From Oculina patagonica (Eukaryota): a DNA stretch of 64,000 nucleotides. A program made the translations under genes and the position numbers. The stretch covers positions 11,656,001 through 11,720,000 of the forward strand of contig NC_135761.1 of NCBI RefSeq assembly GCF_052425735.1, given 5' to 3'. Each line of letters starts with the position of its first letter. Positions within the stretch are counted from its first letter, which is position 1. Of the stretch, positions 12,679 through 25,300 are shown piece after piece. Below the pieces are notes generated by a model. That model saw only the letters and a list, made by a program, of their open reading frames with translations, made no database searches and had not been told where the DNA came from.

Positions 12679-13423
12679 AGAAGACCAGCCTTTTAAGCAA
12701 ATACGCTCACCAGGTGGGACTGAACATCAGCCTAACCAAAACTGAGGTCATGACCCTAAACAACTCTAACCCTCAGCCCGTCAAGGTGAATGGAAAAGAC
12801 CTCCCAATGACCGAGCAGTTTAAATATCTGGGCAGCATTGTCAGGCAAGATGGTGGTGCAGGCATAGATATCCAGAGCCGGCTGAACAAAGCCAGAAACA
12901 CCTTCAGGATGCTTAGCAATGTGTGGCGGTCGTCACAGTTCGGTACACATACCAAGCTCAAGATCTATCAAAGCTGTGTCCTGTCTACCCTTTTGTATGG
13001 GTCAGAATGTTGGCGAATGTTAGAAAGTGATCTAGAGAAGCTGTCAACCTTCCATACCAAAAGTCTGCGAAAAGTACTTCGCATCTTCTGGCCTCAAACA
13101 ATTTCCAACAAGGATCTACTTTTGCGGTGCAAACAGGAGGACATGGGTACCATTATTATGCAACGGCGCTGGAGGTGGATTGGCCATGTCATCCGAAAGG
13201 AAAACGAATCCATCACAAAGACAGCACTATACTGGACACCCGAAGGAAAGCGCAAGCGTGGCAGGCCCAAGAATACATGGCGACGTACAGTAGAGACAGA
13301 ATTGAGGGGCTTAAACCAAAGCTGGAACACCATCCAACAGCTGGCCAAAGACAGACAGCAGTGGAGGACCTTTGTTGCTGCCCTACGTGCCAGTGGGCAC
13401 AATGGGCAGTGAGTGAGTGAGTG
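12679..13423 (+). mobile_element. 5'-truncated RTE-clade LINE in intron 2 of C2
   Basis: ORF 12714-13412 with RTE C-terminal motifs (FKYLGS, STLLYGSECW, RRWRWIGHVIR, GKRKRGRPKNTW); (GTGA)n tail; 12-bp TSD ACATAAATTAAG (12667-12678, 13424-13435). Confidence 0.95.
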
Positions 13424-14357
13424 ACATAAATTAAGCTACTTACACTGAACAGTTAATTTCCCTGAGGCGTTCACTTGTCCCAACAAATTTTCAGCTTTGC
13501 AGCTGTAAACTCCGTCGTCTCCAGGTCTAACGTCCTTCATAATCAGAGCGCCACTGGACTCTACCACGTGACGGCCCACAGGAAGCGATGAATTGAGCTT
13601 AGTCCACGTGACCTTTGGACTTGGATTACCATCCACTGTACATTTCAAGATGGCTGTCTGACTTTCATTAACTATCATTCCAACAGGACGCTGCAGCAGA
13701 GATGGAGCCGAGATGGACTGGCCCGGTTCACCTTTGACGCCTTTCATACCCGGCGGACCTCTAGGTCCCACGGGACCGGGGTCTCCCGGCATTCCAATAT
13801 CGCCCTTTATTCCCATCGGTCCTTGAGCTCCTATTGGACCATGTTTGCCGGGAGGTCCGTTTGTCCCGGGTGTCCCTGGGGGTCCTGGTCTCCCTCGGGT
13901 TCCCGGTTTTCCTCGTCGTCCCGTGTTGCCTTTTGGTCCTGTGCGGCAGAGCGTGTGATCTTTAGCACAGACTTGGTTTTGCAGCAGACCAAGTTCTTGC
14001 TTGATCAGCACTTGTACTTCAGAGGCTGTTAGGGTTGATTTCTGTTGTGAATCATCAGGTGAAGTGCGTTTTTGTCTTGACATTTTCTCTTTTTCGCCTG
14101 AAAAATTAAAGCTTTTTATTCATAATCGTAAATTATGAACCATTTTTGACATATAATGGCTGTTATGTTTCTTTTCCATTAGAGTGGGTTTCAGCAACAC
14201 AGCTTCAGCCACCTTATTTCGCATTCATTTGTTTTGGAGGTAAATACACTAAAGATAAATGACAGGCATCCCTGGGTTAAGACGATTAGCAAGGTCCACA
14301 ATATTAATTGTCAAAATGATTATAGAAGGACGTATACTATTGCAAATACCCTTTTCA

Positions 14358-14532
14358 TAGGCCATTTTCAAAAATACCATAATACTCTTTGTTGTCCTTC
14401 CAAAATTTTGCATAAGCATTGTTTTCAATTTCTCTTGAGACAGCAAGAGAAATTGAAAACAATGCTTATGGACCTTATGCAAAATTTTGGAGGGACAACA
14501 AAGAGTATTATGGTATTTTTGAAAATGGCCTA
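14358..14532. mobile_element. Palindromic MITE in intron 1 of C2
   Basis: Long near-perfect inverted repeat TAGGCCATTTTCAAAAATACCATAATACTCTTTGTTGTCC... It is absent from the equivalent intron of C4 and C6. Confidence 0.9.
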
Positions 14533-17265
14533 TGGCGGAAAAATGTTCACCTTTGGTTCCTTGCCAATGGCGGCCTGTAGCCATAACTTGCCATCTGCCG
14601 TAATTTTGTTGTACTTTTCGAAGGATTTCTGTCTCCATCTTATCACAGAATGTTACTGAGTGTGATATCAGTCGATGATGTTCTTGTATTCTGAGTTCCA
14701 TGTAAATTAGCGTGATACAACACACAACAGACAACAGCAAGCCTGGCGCGGAACACAAGCTGTTCAGTGTTTGTCGTCTGTTCGTCTGCTTCTCTTCTTT
14801 ATCTTGTTTCATCGTTACAGCTGCTACCAAAAACTTGTGACATCAAACTGATGCTTTTAAAAGACGATTACTTTCGTCTTTGAGCTGCTTACAGATCAGT
14901 TCACTCTGGGTTTAATCGGTGAAAAGACGATAGAAAAAGCTGTTGTGTCCGAGTTTCACCGACGAAAGTGTAACATGAATCTTGTGTTTACTGATATAAA
15001 GGAAAAATACCTTTTCTCGTCTGAGCTGGTAATGGAGATTCAGTTACACAGGAAGTATAATGGTATTATCTTATGACATGGGTCAAACGTATTATAAAAC
15101 ATGAATTGAATTAACACCCGCCTTAAGTTTTTTTATTTAAACTTCTGCACAGCATCCTGCGAAAGATCCCATGGCAAGGCGAGTTTAATTTTAAATTGTT
15201 GATCTGGAGTTGTTTAGTCGTAATGATTCTAATTGATTTTCCAAAATCATTAGTGAGAAAAATTTGTCAGCGATGATATAAACCATTGGTATTCTTTTGT
15301 TTTCTTACAGAGCTTGGGGAGGGGTGGGGAAACGACGGACGACTATGGTATTATACCTTTGTCACGTGGTACACCTTATGGTGATACTAGTCATGAAAGT
15401 GTCAAACTTCCCTTGCACGTACATCTTGTTTAGGGTGATGCAGCTGAGTAACGATTTTAGTGATGTAATAATTTTACGGTGAATATTAAAGTGGTTCACT
15501 ACTGAAACGCCTCCAGCCGCTTAGTTTGATTTTCTCTACACTAGTGAAAGTAGAAATACGGTAATAAAAGACAGTAACATGCAACAATAATCAGGAGAAA
15601 GTTTATTGAAAGAAGAAAAAAAAGCAATTACAATAAATGTGTTCTGATCTACTCTACCTATAATAAGGCTCTCAGTCTTGTGAAGTCAAACGAATTACAT
15701 GCATCTGACGGCACTCATCTGAGGGGAACGGAGCATCGCTTGGGGCAAACCATAGCGGTTTTGCGCATATCTCGGCGAATTTGTTAATCAGCTTTCTTCA
15801 GCTGAGCTCGAGTTTTTTACTTAAGTTAGATCTTAGACTAATACGCCGTCAACACTTTCTCTGTAAACCTGCACTTTTTGATTTAAGAGCGAGTCCGCAC
15901 GAGAACCATGCAGGCGAGTCTACAGCGCATCTCACCGATTTCCCTCAAATTTGGCACACTTGTGTAACTTCACTAGTACATTAACCATGTGCAATATTTT
16001 GGTTCAATTGTTTATTGTTTTGGAGAAATGTCAATCAAACTGTCAGACAGTGGAAAGTACTTAAATTTGACCTAAAAATATTCACCATGTTTGATCCCCT
16101 GCTACATGCTAAATATAAAAAGAAATGATACGAAACTTTTACATAAGACAAATCAAGTCCCGAACAATAGAAAAACGTTCAGTAAACTTGTGTCATTTGC
16201 TGCGTTTGGCTGAAAGCAACATTCCAAATCTCCTTATTCAATTCGTATCAAAATAGTGGGGTTTCAAAAGTCGTTGTTTGTAGACATGCGGCGTTTCTTC
16301 AATCGAATTTGAAAGTATCAATAGATTGCCAAGGAAATGGTGTCTCTATTTATCAAATAAAATCTCTGTTAAGTTTAAGAGGAATTACAGGTTCGCATCA
16401 ATAAATGGTGTTAACTTCGTGACAATATGCAAATGAGCTCAACACGGAAATCGTGATAAGTTCAGAGTTTGTAAAATATAAACTTAATAGAATGTTGCTA
16501 TAAGAAGTAAAACATCGTTATGAAGCTTTTTGCATAAAAATACTTTTAAATCGTTAGTAGTTTAAACAACTGGAAGTCGTTGGCTGGTAATAAGCAAATT
16601 AAACAAATTCAAACGAACACAAAGGTCATACCGACCTGCTGGTCGTACTGCACCAATTTGAAAGATATCCCCACAAGCAAGCATCATTGCATAAAAGTCA
16701 TTTCCTTCAAGGGTTTTTGGCATCGCCCTCTTGGTGTGTAAGCTGCGTTTTGCCGTATTTGCCAGCACCATAGTAATTTAAGAACAGATGTTATCAAAAC
16801 AAGTTGGCGGCGAGGCATCAAATATAATATCCACCGATCATGAAAACCGACTTGTTTTAGAATTCGGTCGCGTGTTTTGTTCACATACAAAAAACATGTT
16901 TCCACTGCAAAGAAATTATGTAGTCATCGTTTTCATCCAGTAAGAATCTGCGGCACAATTGCAAGTGGTTTTTGGTGCTGTCGTTCTTCGAAGAACACCG
17001 ACAATAGTTGATTGCGTGACAGACCGACTTGTGAATTTTATTTCAAATTTCATGTCTCAAATTTCACTCTGACTCAGATCATATTGCGATTGTCATGGCT
17101 TCGTTTATGTGCTTTCAAGAAGGACCTGACATTCAGGGGCCATGGGATATGTATTGAGTCATCTATAAACGATCCAATACGCCACAAATCGCCATGGCTT
17201 TAATTTTCCACCTTTTTTAATTTTGAAAATCTGAAATCGAAAAATTAGCCTTTAATACTGACTTA

Positions 17266-17828
17266 CCGTAAATAATCTTATAAACGCCAGGGCTTTTTAA
17301 TTTAAGGGGTACATGCGGGAGTTTTAAATAAATATGAAGCGTTTAGTAGAAAAGGGGCATTCATTTCACCAGGAGCCCATGATTTCACTCTAACTGTAAC
17401 GAAACAAATAGACAAACAAGTATGTAAATATGACGCGTAGTTTGCTCCCGGATAAAGATAGGAAACAGATTTCGTGAGTAGGAGACTACTCTAATCTTTT
17501 CTAATGCAAAGCCTAAAGATGTCGTTCACAGATTGTTCGATATCGATGTCTTCATCGTCATCGCATCGGGGTAAACCATGTTGGCTAGCTAGCTCCTTTG
17601 GTCCCTTCGATGTCCGAGTGAATCAATTAACTAACTAAAGAAAATTGCGTGTTTTTTACTCCATGAAACGTTTACGCGGGGGGGGGGGGGGAGGGGGGAG
17701 GGGTGACGGGGGGAACAGGGGTGTCTATTAGACACGGGACGTTTATTAGTAGAGGCCTCCAATACAAATTTTACACCTCAGGGGGAGGCGTTTATTTGAG
17801 AGTGGGGCGTTTATTAAATCATTTACAG
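17266..17828. mobile_element. TA-flanked MITE (pogo/Tc1-like)
   Basis: TA-CCGTAAATAAT..ATAAACGCC / GGCGTTTAT..ATCATTTACAG-TA. Confidence 0.65.
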
Positions 17829-18525
17829 TATTTCACTCATTTACATTTATTCTAAGGATTGCCTACAGGAAAGATAAAATAGAACAAAAGAGTATGATTA
17901 TGAGTGTCATTGAAAACGAACTTTCAACAACCTGGTCAAGGCAAAGACGAATCATGAGTTGTAAAAAGGCACGCTGATCTACATTTTTACAAACATTTAA
18001 TTCCGTCGATACGTCGGTCCGTCATTCTAGCTTTAAATTAGGAAATCAGTAGGAGCACTATCAGAGATACAGGTGATTCCAAATTTGTTGAAATTGTTCG
18101 GGATCCTTGTTCCCAGGGACTTCGTTCCCCTAAACCAGCGGTTGATAAACGAGTTTAGATATTAAATTTCGTTCCAAGAACTTGCGCATTTTCCGTCAGC
18201 CTTGACCGAACTGGGCCGTCCTCTGCCCTCTGGGCCATTTATGGTTCCGGTTTAATTGTGCGCATGCACCGGAGACTTGAGATGGAATGATCCGTTCTCG
18301 CTCCCAGAGTCTACGGTCCTTCTGTTCTGCGCCAGGGATCGAGACCTCTGCCGTTAATGTCTGTTAAGCTACGCAACGAATTGAAGGCGGGGTTTGGCTG
18401 GGAATGAAAAGGAATGAGGCACCAGCGGAGTGGCCCCGAGGCGAAAGCGGAAACCCGACTGAGAGGTAAGTGCTTGGACGGTTGCTATAGAAAACGGCTC
18501 CACATCGAAGCCCTTTGAGTCACAC

Positions 18526-19110
18526 TAGGGCTTTCCACAAGTTGCTCGGCAACTTTTTGGCATTTTTTCATGTTTCGAGCAACTTTTTCCCCCTTGGAGC
18601 AACTTTTTTCCTCTCGAGCAACTTGTTGCATTTTGAGCAATTTCCAGACCGAAGATTTCCGAAGATTATACGAGTGCTGTTCTAAGGCAAAACGAACGTT
18701 TCCGAAGACTTACGACGTTTGCCGAAGATTTTCGAGGGACATCTGAAGACGTTTCAACATTCGGCTCATTCTGTATAAAACATTACAAAACTCGTCAGCA
18801 AACATGACGTCATCAATATCTACACGATTTTTCCCAGTTAAAGGAATCCTTGTTACTTAACAAATTTTCCCCTTAAGATGTTGTTTAGATACTTCTTTTG
18901 CTGTAAAATTGCATAAAACTGCTAACAAATCTTACCATCAAAGGGAAATTTGCATATATTTAGAGAAATTCTCTTGATTAGAAGCAGCGTTTTGATTTTT
19001 TTGGAGCAACTTTTATTATCAGAAGCAACTTTTTTGGATATTTGGAGCAACTTTTTGAGATGTTACGGGCAACTTTTTGGGAAATCTCGAGCAACTTGTG
19101 GAAAGCCCTA
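18526..19110. mobile_element. hAT-like MITE
   Basis: TIRs TAGGGCTTTCCACAAGTTGCTC / GAGCAACTTGTGGAAAGCCCTA; 8-bp TSD AGTCACAC / AGTCGCAC; subterminal GAGCAACTT repeats. Confidence 0.9.
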
Positions 19111-19689
19111 AGTCGCACTGCCCGAAGCCAGTGGAGAGCACGGATGAAAGAAAGAAGGATATAGTGAAGGCTATAGCAACGAAAAAGAAACTACTTGCAG
19201 CAAGCGAGCAGAATGCAAATATACGCGTCAGCATGACGACATGTCGACAGCGCACGAAAGACATGATCCACGAGGGCGAGGCTGCACCAGACATGAACTA
19301 AAACCAGTTTAAATTCGTGCGACTGATCGCAGTGACAAAATGAGTGAAAGCAGCCTTGTCGCAGCGTGTGTGCACTTCTGCGACAAAATATAAACTAACC
19401 ATTGAGAGAACTTCATGTATTGAATTCAAAAACTAGTTTACATCCTCCCTCTTCCAAATTCGCTGCAGGTGCACCGAACAAACGCCTTGTTGCAGGGACT
19501 TTTTGAAGTAGTACACACGAAGCGATTTGTCGCAGAGAACCTCACTTAAGGTTTATTAGTACTTCATTAGTGTTTTCATTAATTTGAAAGTAATATTGTG
19601 TATAAGCTACTTTAACTTTTTCATATATCACATTGATCTGCAATATGGTACGAACAGGAGCTAGAGAGATGGTGGATATAACCCAAGTG

Positions 19690-19876
19690 TATACACCTTA
19701 TTCCAAAATGGCGGACAATACATTATTCTTTTGTCTTCATGTTAATTGGCCCTCGTTGCCTCGATCGTATCTGCAGAATTCAAAAGAATCATTGGCTTAA
19801 AACGAGGCAATAAGGGCTAATTAACATATAGGCAAAAGATTAATGTATTTGCCGCCATTTTGGAATAAGGTGTATA
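19690..19876. mobile_element. Palindromic MITE
   Basis: TATACACCTTATTCCAAAATGGCGG / CCGCCATTTTGGAATAAGGTGTATA. Confidence 0.85.
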
Positions 19877-22376
19877 AAGATTGAGTAAAGTCCAATTGGG
19901 TATGTAATTATACGCGTTATTAACAAAATCGAACTGCGCAGTCGTTCGATTTTGTTAACAAGGCCTTTGAAAGACCTTTCAATTGGCATTAATGGTTTTG
20001 ACATCCACACTATAAATCAAACATTCAGTTAGGGAAGCAACATTATTTTTTTGGAGGAGTGGCCAAGTGGGATCAAAAATCCTGAAAAAAAATTGTTTGC
20101 AATAGCAAAATGCCCACATAAATTGTTTGAAGACATCAAAAATCATTGTCTGCAGAAAGATGCAGCTGGAAAAATTGTTTGGACAGAGAGCGCCACGGAA
20201 AGAAATCGTCTGTACTGTACTATACTACGCTTCGAGTAAAACAATGGTCCATTCCAGCGTTTCGATCGAGCACTGAGGCAAGTCTTGAGAGACTGGGTAC
20301 TAGTCCAAAACAACATGGCGCCCGGGTGAAAAGTAACTTACCAGGCATATGAAAATGTGAAGTGCTGAGGCCATCGCTTACGAGAAAAGTGGAAACTAAA
20401 TCCTTGCAGAATTCTTTGTGAACATTATAACTACCAGGTAGACAGGAGTGAGCGACGTTTTCTCTTTCCAATCTGCACGTGAAGATACGCTTGAATTCGA
20501 TCGATGATGAACATGTCAAGTGGCTTGTTTACCTTTTCTCACGCTGTAAGTCTGTATTTATGGGCACTAAATAGCCGGATAATTAACATCACGAACCACT
20601 TTAGATGCTAAAAGGTTTATTGGATTTATGTAAGCGGTATTTCTCACGTCCTCAGCCGACCTATCCATCATGTTATGAAACTCGTTCTAAAACTTTCAGA
20701 ACTTTGTTTTTGTTTTGCTCACATGTACCACATTTTTGTACGCTAAAATCATACGTGCCGATTGAACTTAACATACTTTTTTTGACTTTAATTTATTATT
20801 TAGTAAATGTTTTACAAAATAATGGCTAATGGAACCATCAGAATAACGCCGCATCGGCGATATTCAAACGTAATTTTACCCTAAAATCTCTAGTGTCACG
20901 CATTGCCCGAAATACCTTATTTTTAAAATAGGTTTACTACTAAACGTGAGAGCGATGAAAAATCTTGATGATATCATTTAAATTGTACTAGGTGATACTA
21001 ATTACAGTGGTATTTTTATATGAAAGGCTTCAATTCTTGCAGAGATATTTTAGTCGAAAGATGGGTCAAAATTTAGGTATTTTTTGGCTCAAAACCGACC
21101 ATGGGCACGTTGACCACGGTATCTTCCACACGTTAAAGAATTTTGCGATAATATTCTACCTACAGCATTATCATCTCAATATGTAGCCCCATGCAAAATA
21201 TAAAGGAAATCTGAGAGGGTCGATGTAGACTCAAATTTTAATATTGCATGGATTTCATATGGACCCTCTCTTAATACCAAGTTCCGGAAATATATCTTTT
21301 ACTGTGAAGATCCAGTCCTTGGGGCAACATGCTTTGAAATAAAATCCTTTTGATACCTACAAAGCTCAAAGCTTAGCTTTCATATGAACAATTTATCAGG
21401 ATCGATCAGATGCCATAATCAGGTAAACGGAACCTCAACTGTTAAGCTCACAGCCGGTGCTCTCGCGCATCTCTCTAGCTATTTGGTGTTTGTGGCCGTT
21501 TTAGATAACGCGCGCCACTCGCGACGTGAAATGAACCAAACTAGACGCCAATTTGCTATAATTGCATGTAGTTGTCACACGCAGTGGAAGCTTTCCTTGC
21601 AACCACTCTCGTAAGAGACCAGTTTAAGTTACGACCACCATTGTGAAGCCTCCCTTGGATTGTCACTCAAACTCTGTAATAAAAAGCTCTTGTAAGCGAC
21701 CACGACCAGCTTTGGTAATGGACAACTAGTCTTCTCCTTTGGTTACAAACTCTAGAGAGCGACCACTCGATCAAAGATAGTAAGTGTACACTACTTAATC
21801 GCATTTACCGTAATTTAACAATGCCTGTTTATGTTCATTGATACTGATCGTTCAAGAGTGCTATATTCTAAAAGAATGAGGAAGTTTTGAGAAAAAAGCT
21901 CTGCTAAGCGACAAACCTCTATTGTTTCAACGTGTGGTCGCTCACGGGATCTCATTCTCGTATTAAACGACCAGATCTAGTGGACCACTTTTTGAATTCC
22001 CGAGGTGCTCGCTTACGATATTTACGCTAGCGTATGACAAATTGTATTTTTTAACGTGTCAGAAAAGTCAAAGTGTTTTCGACAAATTAACAAACTAGAT
22101 GCTATAATTAGAAAAAATTAATTCTATGAGAAAATAGTATCGTTGGTGATTTTTTTCCATAGTCGTTTAATTATCTTAAACTCGTCGTAAAATTACAGGG
22201 CAAATGAAGCATCACCAAGGTTTTATTTTTTTCATTTCCGATTTCCGTTTCTCAGATATCTGTTGCTACACACTCGGCGTGGAATTATCTCTAAACAGCA
22301 TAATTATAATAACAATAATTATTATACAAATACTGAGTTTACAGTAACTTGTGAGCAATACAAATAAACATGTTTT

Positions 22377-25300
22377 TTATACTATGCCATAGCATTTCAG
22401 TTTTCCCAGTGTGTGGTAACCTTGGTTACTTCCGCCTGCATCACCAAACCTCAGCTGTTTAACTGGCAGATGTGTCTTGTCAGTGAGGAGACCGCTGTCT
22501 TCACGCCACACTTTGTCATGCTTATCACAGTTACAACCACACCTGGGGTTTGCACATGAGTTGGTCATCCCGCATGCGCACTTACCACTGCCAGGTGATG
22601 CTCCGCCCCAGTACGTCATCTTACTAGAATCACGTGATACCCACCAGGCAAATCCCCCGTGCCCCAACATCATCGAATCATAACACTCGTACTTGATAAA
22701 CTGTTCACAGTGCGAGGAGATTCTGGTGAGACTTGCAAGCTGGGGCAGACTTGCTCCTGTGTACCGAATGTTACGTGAGTAACAGCCTTGAGGGTAGCAT
22801 CCATCCACCAATGTTCTGCTCTCACTGTCGTGACTTATCACTGTCACGCCAACTCCATTCTTGTCATTCATGTCGCAGTAAACTGTAAATGGTGCCAGCC
22901 CTCCCGAGCCATCTGGATCAATGACGTAATTTCCGCTTACACTGCTGATGTATTTTCTGATCACAGAGCAGGAAGTCCCAACTGGAGAATTGATTTTGAC
23001 TTTAGCTTCTATTGTTGTCAGAGCATTAGTCGCTCTACAAGTGTAAGATCCTTCGTGTGATTTCTTGATGTTCTGAATAACCAGTGTTCCATTTAGTAGA
23101 AAGCTGGACTCTACAGGAAGTGAAGACTTTCCATCTTTTGTCCAACTGATTGTAGTTCTCAGGTCACTCTCGGCCACACACGGCAGATGAACACTTGAAC
23201 CAATCACAGGAGTCACCTCTTGAGGAGGACGGACTTTGAACTGCATTGGAGAGAATATCACAACCTGGGCAGTGTTTGTTGCTGATCCCAGAATATTTTC
23301 TGCTTTACAAATGTATATTCCAGCGTCCTTTCGTGACACACTGTAGATTGTCAGGGTTCCATTTATCACTTCAGTTCTGTGTTCAGGCAAACTACCGACT
23401 GCTCTGTACCACATGATACTGGGAAGCGGCTGACCAGCAGCAGTGCAGGCGATGGTGACGTTTTGTTTCTCTTCAGCTATCAATCGATTGGATGACAATG
23501 AAAGTTCAGGAGGAACTATGAGAAAAAGAAAATTAAGATAATTGTCCAACCAAACTTGTGTTACATTTTATTTTGTCTGCTGTTGTAACCTCTCTTAGAC
23601 AGTCATATTCCAACTTCAAATATTATTAGTCAGGTGGCTTAACGCAAAATAAAGGCTTGATCGTGACAAGAGTGATAAAAGCGTGAAATTTGGCATACAA
23701 CTTGCTTACACCCTACTAAATAATATTAGAAGGGGTGCCCAAGTGAATCTGCTCACGATTCCGTTTTAAGGGGATATTTAGTCAAAACCGGCAAAATGAC
23801 TGGCGCCCAGGCTTCTCTCGTCCATCGAAGATGGCGGCGCTCTTGCCATTCTGCTGTCTTTGTAAGTTTTTGAAGAAAATGTTTTAACTTCTTCGGAAAT
23901 TTGTTAAAATTATATGCAGAGCATAAAAATAAACACTTGTTTTATCCATTAAAATGGTTTTAATCCTGTTTTGAGTTAAATCATTTGACATGTATAGAAA
24001 TGCTCCTGTTCGAGTTCGACTACTATAATTACTTGCAAAAAATTTCGGATGTTTACTTTTGGACACTTTTTGTCTTATTTCGAACAATTTCCGACAAAAT
24101 TTGCGGACACTAAAGTATGGCTTATCTAATTTAATTTACACATACAAAACAGGAACTACACTTAAACAACATCTGTGAAAAATGTTATTTAACTGCACTC
24201 TCAAGTCTTTACGTTCTCGAGAAGTCTCTCCACTAGAGTTCGCTCCATAACAAAGATAAAAAATTAAAAAAAATTGAGCTTAAGGTTGCTTCAATGACTG
24301 CGGCAAGATCTTGGAAAAGATCTTCTGCTTCTAGTTTAATTTCTTGGTAAACTCCTCCAAAATTCCTGCCAATTAAAAAATTTTTTCGTATGATATATTG
24401 TGTCTGTTTCTGAGGTCACAGGCGGAACAAACCAAAAAGCCAGCTAGTGTGAATGGGCTTCATTACTGATAACTTACTGCTGACATCAATCACAATGGAG
24501 TATACATGCATAACCACTATGCATCAATACCTTAATCGACTTGCTTTGCGACTGTAAACACTGGTGTTTGCATAATGGGCGGGCTGGGGGGTGTTGTTTG
24601 TGGGGTGGTAAGGAGGAGCAGGTTTTGTTTTTGTTTTAAAGATCAGATCTTTACCATTGAAGCCTTAATTCGGGGAATTTATTTTAAACTCTGGACAATG
24701 TAAAAACAATGCGTGGATGGCATTACATCTTTTTCTCTAGATAAAACGGTGAGGCCCTAGATATTTATACAGTTTTAAGCATTTGGTAATATATCAGTTT
24801 AGCACACGATCCCACAAGCATTGTGCTTAAAACCCTTATTGTGTTTAAATAAAGGATATGATGATGATGATGACTTTGAACAATCCCCGGTGCGTCTTCT
24901 TTGCTGATTCTTCAGAAACAATGATCTTGAATTTACCATGACGGTGATTTTTCGTTGACGCAAGCACTTTCGCCGAGTCATGTTCTTTTGAATTTTGTCA
25001 AGTTTGACACACTTTTTGGAAGATCCCATTTTCTGGGCATAAATCATGCCGTTTAAAATGTACAAAAATAACAAAAGTAACATATGCAGGTCCATAGAGA
25101 CAAACACCGTAGAAGTTAATGAAGACTGAAAACAAAAGCCTACTAGATAATAGTTTAGTGAGCTCACTAGAAAAATAGTTCTCGGCACAGAGTGATAAGA
25201 AAAATCAGAAAGTCTTCCATTCTCGCCAGGAGCACAGTGACAGACCCGTTAGAGAATGCAATAGTTTAACACTACAGCGCACGCAGAAATAGGGTATGAG

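Larger units (their letters stand above)
11325..14812 (-). pseudogene. Array copy C2, exon 3 disrupted
   Basis: Exons 14551-14812, 13444-14097 and 11325-12371. In-frame ~99-bp deletion at ~12092 removes the first half of Ig3, including its first Cys. A +1 in a C-run (11613-11617) frameshifts the fibrinogen-like domain. RTE in intron 2, MITE in intron 1. Confidence 0.75.
15887..21270. mobile_element. Kolobok-like degenerate DNA transposon carrying nested MITEs
   Basis: TTAA on both sides (15883-15886, 21271-21274). Imperfect TIRs GAGCGAGTCC..CCATGCA..GAGTCTACA..GATTTCC. It interrupts the conserved array spacer. No transposase recognised. Confidence 0.55.

Noticed and set aside
14234-14830. 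Overlapping ORFs on both strands encoding the same peptide (IGHFQKYHNTLCCPSK)
   Set aside because: A trivial consequence of the palindromic MITE at 14358-14532.
18540-19100. Short spaced repeats (GAGCAACTT, ATAAGCGCC, GGGCTTATA, AACCGTTAGCCGTAAAA) resembling CRISPR or iteron arrays
   Set aside because: Spacing is irregular and the repeats lie inside TIR/TSD-bounded MITEs. The context is eukaryotic and there are no cas genes.
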